DNA from: Felis catus
Lineage: Eukaryota
Assembly: GCF_018350175.1 (NCBI RefSeq)
Contig: NC_058369.1
Coordinates: 18,974,001 to 19,038,000 of the forward strand
Length of the DNA: 64,000 bases
Reading direction: 5' to 3'
This document shows, piece by piece, positions 1 to 12,431 of this stretch. The notes under the pieces were generated by a model. It worked only from the letters and a program-made list of their open reading frames with translations. It searched no databases and was not told the origin of the DNA. Numbering within the stretch: position 1 is the first letter of the stretch; every line of letters begins with the position of its first letter. Position numbers and translations under genes: made by a program.

Positions 1-439
1 GCTGGAAAATTTCATCTGTGGGCTTGTATCATCTGTGTCTCTCCTGGTTCCTGTCTCTCATTTTAACATTTGATCAAACCCTACTTTCCATGCCAGGAAC
101 CATGGCCCCAAATGACACCAAGGCAACAAGGAACAACATACAGGACATGGTCTTTCTCTTTGCTGGGTCCTCCCCTGTGAGCATTTAGGGGCTTGAAAGT
201 GGGCACACCTCCCTGACTAGGCCTTGTATTCCCCATTCCAGGTGAGGATGCTGCTCAGATCAGCTCTTCTAAATAGCTCATACTTCCTGTTATTAGGCCG
301 GGGGGGGGGGGGCGGTGGGGGCAAAAACCTTACTAATACAATGAGCCCTTGTAAGTTTAAAAAAAGAAAATTCCAGATGCTTTCTCTGAAAACCCTCAAT
401 AATCACCTTAAGGAAAAGGGGAAAATAGTCAGGAGCAAA

Positions 440-630
440 AACGTTGGAATAAGACTGGGGTTGGAATGGCCCCACCCTCTACTTTCCAGCTGTGGCAATT
501 ACTGTCCTTACTTTAACAGGTCTTTGGTTTCCTTACCTATAAAAGCGGTTTTCTCATCTGGTTATTGTGAAAACTAAGTGAGATAATAAAGTGCCAGCCC
601 TATAGTTTGATAAAGAGTGGCAATTATTAT
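440..630 (+). mobile_element. MIR remnant
   Basis: Degenerate MIR core (…ctgtggcaattact…ctttggtttccttacctataaaa…tattgtgaaaactaagtgagataat). Confidence 0.55.
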
Positions 631-789
631 TACCCAATGAAATTGGGTAGAAGGCAGGAATAATTAGCCTTAATATGGCTTACCTCTCCAGAGAATAAAG
701 TACTACCTGATAAAAGAGAGACCCACCAACAATGGTCCAGTTTGGAAGGTAAAGTCAAAGTACCCACAGTTCCGTGTAGCAGTTCCTCC

Positions 790-1513
790 TCTTCCTTGTA
801 ACCCGTGTTGGCGTGCCCCAGGGCTCAGGGCTGGAACTCTGTTCTGTCTACACTCCCTCCCTCATTCCCTTGGTCATTTCATTCAAGCCTATGGCTTCAG
901 ACACCAACACCAACAATATGCTGATACTTCCCAGATCTGTAGCTCTAACCCTGACCTTTGACCCTGAATTCCAGACTGATGTATCCAACTGTCAATTCCA
1001 CGTTTCACTTGAATGTGAGGCATCAAAAACTCAACCTACCCCAAACTGAGGTCTTGTTCTTCCTACCAAAACTGCTTCTCCCACATTCTTCCCTCTCTGC
1101 CCTCATCCCAGTCCATGTCTCCTGTTTCCACTGTGGCCACACAGGTACCAGTACCATCCTTCTGTGGCTGCATTACTGTAACACTCCTAACCAGCTGCAC
1201 TGCTTCTGCCCTTCCTACCTTTGGCCTATTTCCACATAGCAGCCAGAGGGATCATTTAAACATGGATGCCAAGTTATATTATTCTATTTAGAGCCTTCCA
1301 ATGGCTTTCCATCTCCCTCCTTACAGAAACCAAACTCATTTCACAAAGAGTGCATATCTTGTTTAATTTGTTGTCCATCTCCAATAATTACCCCACACCC
1401 ATCTCCATTTGAGCAGCAAATTTTATCAGCTTTGTTTGTTCCTGGATCACCAGCACCTGATGCAGTGCCTGTCCCACACAGGCCCTTCATACAGTTCTTG
1501 AATGAAGGAATGA
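790..1513 (+). mobile_element. L2 LINE 3' fragment
   Basis: Pyrimidine-rich L2 motifs (ccccagggctcag…, tccagactgatgtatccaactg, cagtgcctg…) ending in a TGAA-type tail. Confidence 0.75.
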
Positions 1514-2099
1514 CTTCCGGACAAGATGCCTGAAAAGTGGAAAGGTAATTTTTAAGACTACTTAACCCAACAACCTCCTTTCACTGCAGATAAAGATTGC
1601 TTTATTTTAGAACGCTTTATTGGCTTTTCTGGCAGATTTGACACCATGATGTTGGGTTTGGGCTATACAATCAGGTTACCTTTTTTAAAGGTCCACTGAT
1701 AGAGACACCAGGTGCCGGTAACCAGAAAGCATATCAACAGTGTAGACAATCCACCTGGAAGCTTAGAGCTTGCCATTTGAACATTAGCTGTTAAGGAGAT
1801 TCTGGAAATGAGCTGCAAACTGAAAGCTTTCCTGCTAGATTGGGAGATTTGCAGAGAACTTTCCAGTTCTGAGACCTCGCACAAGTCACTCTTGGCTGGA
1901 TTTATTGCCTGAGATCTAGAAAGGCCCTGGGGAAGCTAGGTGGAATTTCCCTCATAAGTAGGACTACTGAACCTTTAACAGATGGTATTTGCCTGAAATA
2001 CCTGAAGAATGCCTAACTTGGAAATCCATTAGAAGAAAAGGGGACGAGCCTCTAATTCAAGGGCTTCTCTTGCACCTATCCTCGGGTCTTGGGCAAAAA

Positions 2100-3260
2100 G
2101 GGCTAAACCCCTGGACTGAGGGGGTCAGGAGTTAGGCGTTTGGGTGGGCCACCAGTCACTTTCCCGGAAAGCTTCGACCGGAGAAGTTTCCCTTCTACTG
2201 CCTTCGCAATGACGGAAAATACGGCGGCCTCGAACCAGGCGGACTAGGGCCTTACCCACGCCCCTGGGGCAGAGAAGAACAAACCTCGCGGACGCCAAAT
2301 CAACAGGGGAATGCGCGCCTTGCTCTACTCCAGAAACAGCGCCCGAAGACCAGTCAGGGCCTAAACCACAACCCCCTGCAGACCCCGCAGACCTGGGGAA
2401 GAGCGCCCTCCCATTGGACGACGGCGAGCGGCGTGCCCTCACGCTTCGCTCCCGTAGGCAGCCCCGCCCCCCCCCCCCCCCCCACGCGCGGGGCACGGCG
2501 GGAGTGGAGTCGGCGCAACCTGCAGCTGTACTCCATCTCCCGGCGGGCCGAGCGCTGAAAGCGGCAGCGCGGCGCCTTTGTGGAGCAGCGGCCCGGCGCG
2601 GAGGAAGTTCCGGTCTCCGCGACGCAGGGTCGGTGGCGGCGGCTGAGGATTAGGAGGAGCGGGCCGCGGAGGCCGCGCTGCCTCGGTAAGGGCCTGGGGC
2701 GGTAGAGAGGGCGTGCCGGACCCTGCGGGGAAGGAGCCGGCCTGCCAAGCCGCTATGGAAGTCGCGGGTCCTCGCGGCCTGGAAGCTGTGGCTTCGGTGT
2801 CGCGCGGCGGCCGCGGCCTCGCTTGGGAGGAAGAGAGCCAAGTGGCGGTGTGGTGAGGGAGGCGCCGCCCTCGGGAGGAACGCCCCGGAACGGTCGCGGG
2901 CCCGGGGCGGGGCCCGGCGGCGGCCGTAGAATTACCGGTCCAGCCTCGGGGCTGTTAGCTGCGGGGTCCCGGGCTAGCGCGTGGTTACGGTTTGGTGCTT
3001 CTGGTCTGCGGAGCCTCAGGCGGGCCCTTTCTTCCGCCTGTTTTCCTGCTTTTGCGGGAACCTGATCCAGTTCTAAGGCATCGCTCGAGAAGGAGGCCTT
3101 CTTGTGCCTAGCACGTAGCCCCGTTTTAGACCTGGCCAGACACGGGTGGGTGGGCTCAGCCCAACCGCAGGGCAAGAGATCTCCGAGCCCGGCACGCGCG
3201 GTGGTAGAACTTGGTGGCGGGGGGGAGTGGTCTGGTGGGTTCTGCGCCCGTTGGGAGAAT
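2100..3260. promoter_or_regulatory. RBM6: CpG island / TATA-less promoter of RBM6
   Basis: Only CpG-dense, GC-rich block in the window; GC boxes (GGGGCGGGG ~2904, GCCCCGCCC 2461), inverted CCAAT (2413-2417), ETS-like GGAAGTTCCGG (2603-2613); overlaps exon 1. Confidence 0.92.
2600..2685 (+). other. RBM6: RBM6 exon 1 (5' UTR, non-coding; TSS approximate)
   Basis: Donor TCG|GTAAGG at 2685/2686; GGGTCGGTGGCGGCGGCTGAGGA..GGAGGAGCGGGCC resembles the human RBM6 5' UTR as I recall it. Confidence 0.8.
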
Positions 3261-4063
3261 GTGGGAGGAGGGATGTTTCCTAGTATTTACTCTTCAGAGT
3301 CCTTTTGGCGTTGTAATTCTGTTTTTCTTCTAACTTTATTATCGATGTGCTACTGGATTCAACTCTAGGGGTGCATTTTTTAATAAATAGAAAAGGCCTT
3401 GTTTTGTAAGGTACATAAACTTTAAGGGTAATTGTATTTTTTACATATTTCAGGTTTGCTTGTGAAGGTCACAGTTGCTGGATCTAAGTGAAGGAGTTCA
3501 GTAGACTCTGATGTGCCTGGTCACCTGGCTCATTTTCTGAACTCTGGATTGTGTCCTAGGTTTGTTAGTTTTCAACTTCCTGTTGAGTAATGCCACCAGT
3601 GTGAATAGTTTAATAATGTCAACATCAGCAAACTTGTGAGGATTGTAGAGAGAGATCTGAAGAACTGATGAGGGGTGACGGTAGGACTGGCAATGTCTAC
3701 AGTAACTAATGGCATGTTAGGTGAAACAGACAAGTTGGACCTGAACCTTGTCTCATTTAATTAGCACCTAACTAGGTACTTAACCTATAGGATAGGTACT
3801 AGGTCTGGACATCTGTAACACCCTTCTTTATAGAATTCTCTTACCAGACTTGGGTTTATTTTTGTTGCCTTTAGGATCCTAGGTTCTTGAAGCCTTTCAG
3901 AGGAGACTTGTCAAGGCCTGGGTGGGGGAGGTGAATGTGTGTTACTAAATGAACTCTTATTGTGGGTACTTGAGCAAGGTTATACTCTTCCGCCAATGTT
4001 TAAATGTATAAACTGCTGTTACTCATCTGATTCGGGGTTGTATTAAGATTTGAAACTATCAGC

Positions 4064-4492
4064 GGGGAGCCTGGGTGGCTCATTCGGTTACCTGGAAGAC
4101 TTGAGCTCAGGTCATGATCTCCCAGTTCATGGGTTTGGGCCCCGTCGGGCCCTGTGCTGACAGCTCAGAGCCTGGAGCCTGCTTAAGATTCTGTGTCTCC
4201 CTCTCTTTCTCTACTGAGCTTTCCCACTCACTCTCTGTCTCTCTTAAAAAAAGACAAAAAACATTAATTAAAAAAAAGATTGAAACTATCAGAAAGTTCT
4301 GGAAAAAAATTTTTTTTAAGTTTATTTATTTTGAGTGAGAGAAAGCGCCGGTCAGGGAGGGGCAGAGAGAGAGGGAGAGAGCATCCCGAGCCTTTAGCAC
4401 AGAGCTACATGTGGGGCTTGAACTTCAGAATCATAAGATCATGACCTGAGCCGAAGTCAGATGCTTAAGCAACTGAGCCTCCCAGGTGCCCC
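4064..4492. mobile_element. Tail-to-tail pair of Can-SINEs (+ 4064-4278, - 4310-4492)
   Basis: tRNA-like heads, CT tract, A tail; TSDs GATTTGAAACTATCAG-like and AGAAAGTTCTG. Confidence 0.9.
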
Positions 4493-4992
4493 AGAAAGTT
4501 CTGAAATTTTAAAGATCATAAATCATTCCTTGATGGATTTTTTTTTTTTTAGCTGTATATACCAAGAGCTTAGAATTAATTTTTCTGTTACACTCCCACA
4601 ATACCTTCTTCATCTCATTCACTTAGTTAATGGGCATCCGTTGAACGTATTTTATAACCCTCCTATCACACTATGGGACTCAGAATAGCAGAGCGAATGA
4701 CTAGAGGAGCTCTGGAATCTGATAGGGTTTGAATCCCTGACTCCTTCACTAACCCAGTGACATTGGATAAATTACCTTACTTCAAATTGTGAATTACTTG
4801 ACTTCATATGTGAAATGAGGTTTTTGTGAGGTTTATGTAATGCTATTAGAACAGTGCCTCGTGTGCAGAAAGTGGTTACTAAATGTTAGTTTCTTTTTTT
4901 AAAACAGATTTGTTCAGATATAATTCATAATTCATACATCATGCAGTTAACCATTTAAAGTGTATAATTCAATGCTTTTTACATATTGCTAA

Positions 4993-5218
4993 TTTTTTTT
5001 TTTAATTTTTTTTTTCAACGTTTATTTATTTTTGGGACAGAGAGAGACAGAGCATGAACGGGGGAGGGGCAGAGAGAGAGGGAGACACAGAATCGGAAAC
5101 AGGCTCCAGGCTCTGAGCCATCAGCCCAGAGCCCGATGCGGGGCTCGAACTCACGGACCGCGAGATCGTGACCTGGCTGAAGTCGGATGCTTAACCGACT
5201 GCGCCACCCAGGCGCCCC
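4993..5218 (-). mobile_element. Young felid SINE (SINEC_Fc type)
   Basis: CpG-intact GGGGCGCCTGGGTGGCGCAGTCGGTTAAGC head on - strand; TSD ACATATTGCTAATTTTTT. Confidence 0.95.
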
Positions 5219-5307
5219 AACATATTGCTAATTTTTTACAGAGTTGCGGTAAATATATTTTGTTATGTATGTTGGAACAAAATTTGCTATCTAAATCATT
5301 AAAAAAA

Positions 5308-5685
5308 GGGGCGCCTAGGTGTCTCAGTTGATTGAGCGACTGACTCTTGATTTTGGCTCAGGTCATGATCTCACAGTTTGTGGGTTCAAGCTTTGTGTTG
5401 GGCTCTGTGCTAACAGTGTGGAGCCTGCTTGGGATTCTGTCTCCCTCTCTCTCTCTGCCCCTCCCCTGCTCTCTCTCTCAAAAGTAAATAAACATTAAAA
5501 AACAATAATAATCAGGTATACACACAAAAACTTAGTTACAAAAATCTCAAAAATAAACAAACATTAAAACAATTTTTTTTTAATTTTATTTATTTAAGGG
5601 ATCTGTACACCCAACATGGGACTTGGACTAATGACCCCAAGATCTAGAGGCGCACACTCTTCCAATTGAGCGACCCAGGTTCCCT
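5308..5685. mobile_element. Can-SINE (+ 5308-5505) and short tRNA-derived SINE (- 5575-5685)
   Basis: Head, CT tract and A-tail structure. Confidence 0.85.
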
Positions 5686-5689
5686 TAAA

Positions 5690-6805
5690 CCGTTTTTAAC
5701 TGTAAAATTCAGTGCGTTAATTACATACACTGTAGTGCAACCATCACCACTCTCTATTTCCAAAATTTGTTCATTACCCCAAACAGAAATTCTGTCCATT
5801 AAGTAACTCTCGTTGTCCCCTCCCTCCAACCCTTGGTGACCTCTAATCTATATTCTGTCACTGTGATTTTGCCTGTTCTAGGTACCCCATATAAGTGAAA
5901 TCATACAATATTTGTCCTTTCTTGTCTGACTTCTTTCACTTACCATAGTGTTTTCACAATCCATTCATGTCCTAGCATGTATCCAAACTTCATTCTTTTT
6001 TTACAAATTAAAAACAGTTTTTTTAATTGAGATATAATCAACATCTTCATTCTTTTTTATGGATGAATAATATTCTGTTGGTGCGTATAGACCACATTTG
6101 TTTATCTCTTGATTTGTTGGTAGACAACTGTTGTTTCTACCTTTTGGCTATTGAGAATCATGCTGCTATGAACATTGATATATACATATTCTGAATATTA
6201 CTCTTTTATCAGATATGTGATTTGCAAATATTTTCTCCCATTCTGTGGGGGTGCCTTTTTACTTTATTGATAGTGTTCTTTGATGCAGAGGAGTTTTTCA
6301 TTTTGATGAAGTCCAATTTGTCTTTTTTTGTTGTTGACTATGCCTTTGATATTACAGCCAAGGGATCATTGCCAAATCCAATGCATGAAGCGTTTCCCCT
6401 GTGTTTTATTGTAAGAGTTTCATAGTTTTAGCACTTACATTTAGGTCTTTGATCCATTTTGAGATAATTTTGGTATATGGTGTTAGGTAAAGGTCCCACT
6501 TCATTTTTTTGCAGTTGGATATTCATTTTTCTATGACCATTTGTTGAAAAGACTGTCTTTTTCCCTTGAAAAATCTTGGTACCCTTGTTGAAAATACCCT
6601 GACCTATACGTGAGGATTTATTTTTTGGTTCTCTATTTCATTGATCTCTGTTTGTCCTTATAACAGTACCACACTGTTTTGATAACTGTAACTTTGTAGT
6701 AAGTTTTGAAATTGGGAAGTGTAAGTTCTCCAAGTATATTCTTTTTAAAAATTGTTTGGGCTATTTAGAGTCCTTTGAAATTCCATATGAATTCCAGAAT
6801 GGGTC
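5690..6805 (-). mobile_element. Old L1M fragments (3' UTR / ORF2 end)
   Basis: atatgtgatttgcaaatattttctcccattctgtggg, ttttgatgaagtccaatttg, ccatttgttgaaaagactgtc. Confidence 0.88.
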
Positions 6806-8690
6806 TTTCTTTTTTCTTTCTTTTCTTTTTAAGTTTACTTATTTTTGAGAGAGAGAGTAGGGGAGAGGCAGAGAGAGAAGGGGACAGAGCATCTGAAGTG
6901 GGCTCTGCGCTGACAGCAGAGAGCCTGACATGGGGCTCAAACCCATGAACCGCAAGATCATGACCTGAGCTGAAGTCAGACACTTAGACTGAGCCACCAG
7001 ATGCCCCAGGATGGTTTTTTCTAAGCATTGACTTTGGAATCAAGTGATCTTGAGTTTGTATATTTTCCTCATATCAGTTACATTGTTTGGGGGCAAGTCT
7101 CTCAACCTATTTGAGTCTCAGCTTCATGGTCTATAAAGTGGGAATAGTAACAGTTTACCCCATAGAGGATTTGTGATTAAAGGAGAGTATCCATGTAAAA
7201 TGCTTAACTGTGACACAACACTCAGCTATGCTTATCTTTCTCTCTCTCATTTCCGGGAGTAGGAATAAACATACTCAGGAAGGTCCTTTCCAGCTTGATG
7301 TTACTATGATTTAGTTTATAAAAAAACCTGTTTTTTAAAGAGAGATAGCATGTGCATGGGGGGGGGGGGGCGGGGGCGGGGAGGGAGACTATCTTAAGCA
7401 GGCTCCAAGCCCAGTGCAACATGGGGCTTGATCTCACGACCCTGAGATCATGACCTGAGCTGAAATCAAGAGTCAGGCACTTAACTGACTCAACCACCCA
7501 GGTGCCCCAATGTTATTATGATTTTAAATACCAGAGCATAGTAGCAGTAATAATATTTAAAACATTGTTTTAGAATTCTTCAAAACTCTTTTTTTGGGGA
7601 TGTAGTTTACATATCATGAAATTCCTCCACAGTATGTGTTCAGTTTGATATAGTCATCACTGCTGTTCAGAATTAGAATATTTCTAACACCTCAAAATAA
7701 TCTTTAGTTCCTGTTTGTTGTTTATCTCCACTTTTCATTTCACTCCAACTGCGAGTTCTAGCATCCACTGATGTGCTTTCTGTCTCTGTAGTTTTATGTT
7801 TTCTAGAAATTGCATGTAATTGGAGTTATACAGTTCTCAGTCTTTTATGCCTGGTTTCTTTCACTTGCATTGTTTTTTGTGGTTCATCCATTTTGTTGCA
7901 TTCCTTTTTATGGTTGTATCTCGTTGTGTTTATCCATTCACCTGTTGAGGGACATTTGAACTGTTCCAGTTTGAGGCTATTGTGAACAATGGGGCTATGA
8001 ATATGATTGCTTCTTATGCAATGATCTCATTTACTCCTGATAGTAATCATATGAGGTAGGTACCATTATTCTTATTGTATAGGAGAGCTTTGAAGCATAT
8101 AGAAATTAAATAACTTATCACGGGTGCAATAGTTAGAAAACTGGAGGTTTTTTTTTAATTTTTTTTTTAACGTTTATTTATTTTTGAGAGAGAGAGACAG
8201 AGTATGAGCAGAGGAGGGGCAGAGAGAGAGGGAGACACAGAATCTGAAGCAGGCTCCAGGCTCTGAGCTGTCAGGACAGAGCCTGACATGGGACTTGAAC
8301 TCGTGAACCATGAGACCATGACCTGAGCTGAAGTTGGACGCTTGCTTAACTGACTGAGCACCAGAAAACTGGAGTTTTGATCGAAACCCAGGCATTCTGA
8401 CTCTAAAATACATACACTAGGCCAGTGGTCTTGAAACCCTTTTATTCTTGGACCACTTAAAATTTTAAAAATTTGGGGTGCCTGGATGGCTCAGTCAGTT
8501 GCGTGTCTGACTTCGGCTCAGATCACGATCTCACGGTCTGTGAGTTCGAGCCCTGCGTCGGGCTCTGTGCTGACAGCCCAGAGCCTGGAGCCTGCTTCGG
8601 ATTCTGTGTCTCCCTCTCTCTCTGCCCCTAACCCACTCGCATTCTGCCTCTGTCTCTCTCAAAAATAAATAAACATTAAAAAAAAATTTT
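6806..8690. mobile_element. Four Can-SINEs (- 6806-7007, - 7330-7508, - 8148-8362, + 8475-8685) among MIR and L1 remnants
   Basis: Recognisable heads and GA/CT tracts. Confidence 0.85.
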
Positions 8691-8749
8691 TTTTTAATTT
8701 ACCCCCTTAAAATGCTGAAAAACCTATTACCACCTTGAACATGTTTAAG

Positions 8750-10230
8750 TTGGATTTGGAAATAATCTCCTCGATAATGGCACCAAAGGCATAGTCAACA
8801 AAATGAAAAGTAGACAAATTGAACTTTATCAAAATGAAAAACCTTTCATCAGAGAACACTGGCAACAGAGTCAAAAGGCAACCCACAGAATGGGAGAAAA
8901 TATTTGTAAATCACATATCTGATAAGGAATTAACATCTGGAGTATACAGAAAGCTTCTAAACTCAACAACAACAAAAATACGGCCTGATTTAAAAATGAG
9001 CAAAAGACTTGAATAGACATTTCTCCAAAGAAGGATATATAGATGGCCAATAAGCCCATGGAAAGACTCTCTACATTATGAATGATTAGGGGAAATGCAA
9101 ATCAAAATGACAGATGCCACTTCACACCCATTAGGATGGTGATTATCAAAATAACCATTTTGATTGTTAGAATCCCAAGTAGGCTCTACATTGTCAAAAC
9201 AAAAACACCTCCAAAACAGAAAATAACAAGTGTTGGTGATGATGTGGAGAAATTGAAGCTTGTATTATTCTGGTAGGGCTGCTATACCACGATACCACAG
9301 ATGAGGTGAATTAAACAACAGAAGTGTATTTTCTCCCATTCTAAGATCAAGGTGCCAGCAGGGTTGGGTTTTGGTGAGGCTTGCAGAAGGCTGCCTTCTT
9401 GCTGTGTTGTCACACAAACATTCCTCTGTGCATACATTCGTAGTATCTCTTCCTCTGACATCAGACCTATTGGATTAGGGTCCCACTCTTAAGACCTCAT
9501 TTAATCTTATGTCCATAAAGGCCTTCTCTTCACATACTGGGCCACCTGAAGCTGAGAGTTAAGCATATGAATGGGGGGGGCGAGACACAGTTCAGTCCAT
9601 GACTGAAGGTACTCTGTTGGTGGGAATGTAGAATGATGTAACTGGTGTGGAAAACAGTATGGTGATTCCTCATAAATTAAAAACATTACCATATGATCCA
9701 GCAATTCCACTTCTGGGTATATGTCGAAAATAATTGAAAGCAGGGTCTCAAAGAGATATTTGTACACCCAGGTTCATTATTCACAGTAGCCAAAAGATGG
9801 AAGTAACCCAAGTGTCCATCAGTGGATGAATGGATAAACAAAATGTGGTATATACATACATTGCAATATTACTTGGCCTTAATAAGTAATGAAATTCTAA
9901 TAGATGTTGCAGTGTGGCTGAACTTGAAGATATGCTAAGTGAAGAAAGCCAGTCTCACGAAAGGACAAATATTGTATGGTTCCACTAATATTATGAGTTA
10001 CTTAGAGTAGTCAGAATCAGAGACAAAAAATAGAATGGTGGTTTCCAGGGGCTGGTTTGAGAGGGGAATGAGGAGTTACTGTTTAACGAATACAGATTTT
10101 CAGTTTTGAAGATGAAAAAAGTTCTGTGGATGGATGGGGATGATGGTTACACAACAGTGTGAAGATACATAATGCCACTGAATTGTACACGTAAATATGG
10201 TTAAAATGGTAAATTTTATATGTATAACAA
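8750..10230 (+). mobile_element. L1M 3' end (ORF2 C-terminus and 3' UTR), interrupted by an LTR
   Basis: Translates to RVKRQPTEWEKIFVNHISDKEL; ccatatgatccagcaattccacttctgggtatat; typical 3' tail. Confidence 0.92.
9261..9604. mobile_element. MaLR solo LTR (MLT1 type) nested in L1
   Basis: tgtatta…agggctgctata…ttaaacaacagaagtgtatt…aagatcaaggtgccagcaggg…attggattaggg…acacagttcagtccat. Confidence 0.85.
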
Positions 10231-10639
10231 TTTGTAAAAATAGTTTTTTAAAGTTTATTTTGACAGAGAAAGCGTGAGTAGGGGAGGAGCTGGGATGGGA
10301 GGAGAGAACCCCAAGCAGGCTCTACATTGTCAGCGCAGAGCCCCATGTGGGGCTTGAACTCAGTAACCGTGAGATCATGACCTGAGCTGAAGTTGGATGC
10401 TTAACCAACTGAAGCCACCCAGGCACCCCTGTAAAAATAACTTTTATAAAAGAAGGATCTTACTGATTCTCCTTTTCCACCTCCCCTTTCTACTAATCCT
10501 TCTCTCCAGTTTACCAAAAAGGCATCTCTCTATTTTGAAATCTAACTATATAAAGTACACTACCCCAGGGATGGAAACCCTCAGAACATCAATCTGTATG
10601 TGTTTATTTCATCTTTTGAAGGATGTTTGGGTTGACTTC

Positions 10640-11400
10640 ATTTTTAAGCTATTATGAATAAAGCTTTTGTGAACATTTTTGTACAAGTTTTTTGTTTTCA
10701 CTTATGTAAATACTGTACTTAGAAGTGAAATTGCTGTGTCATAGGGTAGTGTTTGTCAGACCAATTTCTAAAGTGGTTGTACCATCTTACATTCTTTCCA
10801 GTAATGTATAAGAGTTCTGATAGCTGAAAATCCTTGTTTATTTCCTTTTGTAAGTCTTTTTAATTTTAGCAGTTCTGGTGGGTGTGTACTAGTATCTCGT
10901 GGTTTTATTCTGTTTTCCTTATGACTAATAATAGTAAGCATTTGTCAGATATGTGTTATAAATATTTACTCCTTTTCCCTAGTTTGCCTATTTATTTTTA
11001 AGCAGTGTCTTTTGAGGAACAGGTTTTAATTTTAATCTTTTTCTTTTATAAATGCTTTCTGGATCCTTTCTGTTGATACCAAGCTCAAAAAGATTTTATC
11101 TTGGGGCACCTGGGTGGCTCATTTGGTTAAGCATCCAACTCTTGATTTCAGCTCAAGTCATGATCTCAGGGTCATGAGATTGAGCCCTGCTTTGGGCTTT
11201 GTGCTGGGCATGGAGCCTGCTTGAGATTCTGTCTCCTCTGCCCGTCTCGCCATCAGGGTGTGTTCGTTTACTCTCTCTCTCTCTCTCTCTCAAAAAAATT
11301 TTTTTTTCTCGTGTGTTTTCTTTTAGAAGCTTCATAGTGGAGTTTCTACATTTATGTCTGATCCATTTTTAATTAGCTTGTAAGTGTAGTGTAATGGTAG
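10640..11400 (-). mobile_element. Old L1M fragment containing a + Can-SINE (11103-11300)
   Basis: ctattatgaataaagct…aaagtggttgtaccatcttacattc…ttttaattttagc. Confidence 0.8.
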
Positions 11401-11419
11401 GCAAAGCAAGTGCCATCAA

Positions 11420-12418
11420 AGGGGAATCAGGATATGGTTCTGGAGAAGGAGACTGAGAAACAGATGTCACATCTAGGGATGGCAGCAGGCATGTAAATTC
11501 CCCATTCCAAATCTGAGGACTCTTTAGAGGCCTTATAATTGGAATTAATACATTTAAATCTTTTTTTTTTTAAAGCTTAGTCCTATTTAAAAAAATAATT
11601 TTTTAAAAATGTTTATTTATTTTTGAGAGAAAGAGAGCGTGAGGGGGAGAGTGACAGAGAGAGGGAGACACAGAATCAGAAGCAGGCTCCAGGCTCCGAG
11701 CTGTCAGCCCAGAGCCCGATGTGGGGCTTGAATTCACAAACCGTGAGATCATGACCTGAGCTGAAGTCGGACGCTCAACCAACTGAGCCACTCAGGTGCC
11801 CCAATACATTTAAATCTTTAAATGGAAAATTTGTGAGGGACATGGGTGCTGCCACCAGTCACTAATTCCATCTCCCATAGTGCATATTAAAGTTGCTACT
11901 GTTTAACAACTCTGGTTGGGTCTTACTTGGGTAGGTGCTTAGACCAACCGTTGACTGTTGATGCCCCCTTAATGTTCTTAACTGAGACTCAAAGCATTTA
12001 CTTTGGAAAAATTAGAGTGTTTGATGCAGGATCAAGCTGCTGCATTCGGCAGATACACTAATAGAATAGGACTTCTGGTTCTGCTTTGTTGGCTTTTGGA
12101 ACTGAAGTCATGATTAAAAAGGATGGTCCTGGGTATCGGAATTAAGTTGCTAGAGGTGAAATTCGTGGACCTTTGCAAGACGGACCAGAGTGGAAGCATT
12201 TGCCAAGAATATTTTTATTACAGGCGGAGGAAGCTTGAAAATAATCAGCTACCATCACAGTTCCAACCATAAAGAATGCTGACCTACCTTGGGGAGGCTT
12301 TTCTGCCAAACAGCTTCCAGGAAACCAGTCTTTAGGTTCTAGGGGAGTGTGATTGCAAAGTTGAACTTAAAGGATTTGAGGGAAGAGTATCACTAGGAGT
12401 ATAGCCTAAAGCTTAGTA
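11420..12418 (+). pseudogene. Degenerate 18S (SSU) rRNA fragment, split by a SINE
   Basis: Colinear decayed SSU landmarks: GGGGAATCAGG, GGCAGCAGGC, TAATTCCA..ATATTAAAGTTGCT, TTTACTTTGGAAAAATTAGAGTGTT, GCTAGAGGTGAAATTC, AAGCATTTGCCAAGAAT, TTGCAAAGTTGAACTTAAAGGA. Confidence 0.93.
11560..11802 (-). mobile_element. Can-SINE inserted in the 18S pseudogene
   Basis: TSD AATACATTTAAATCTTT on both sides. Confidence 0.93.
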
Positions 12419-12431
12419 TAATGCTCACCAT

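Noticed and set aside
224..577. 117-aa ORF with a poly-Gly run
   Set aside because: Produced by a G homopolymer running into a MIR; no ATG start and no homology recognised
1..2100. Exons of a divergent upstream gene (MON1A is the head-to-head neighbour in human)
   Set aside because: Only MIR, L2 and unique non-coding sequence; no recognisable coding exon
2125..3368. Several 60-140 aa ORFs on both strands
   Set aside because: Expected stop-codon scarcity in a CpG island; Arg/Pro/Gly/Ala-rich with no domain
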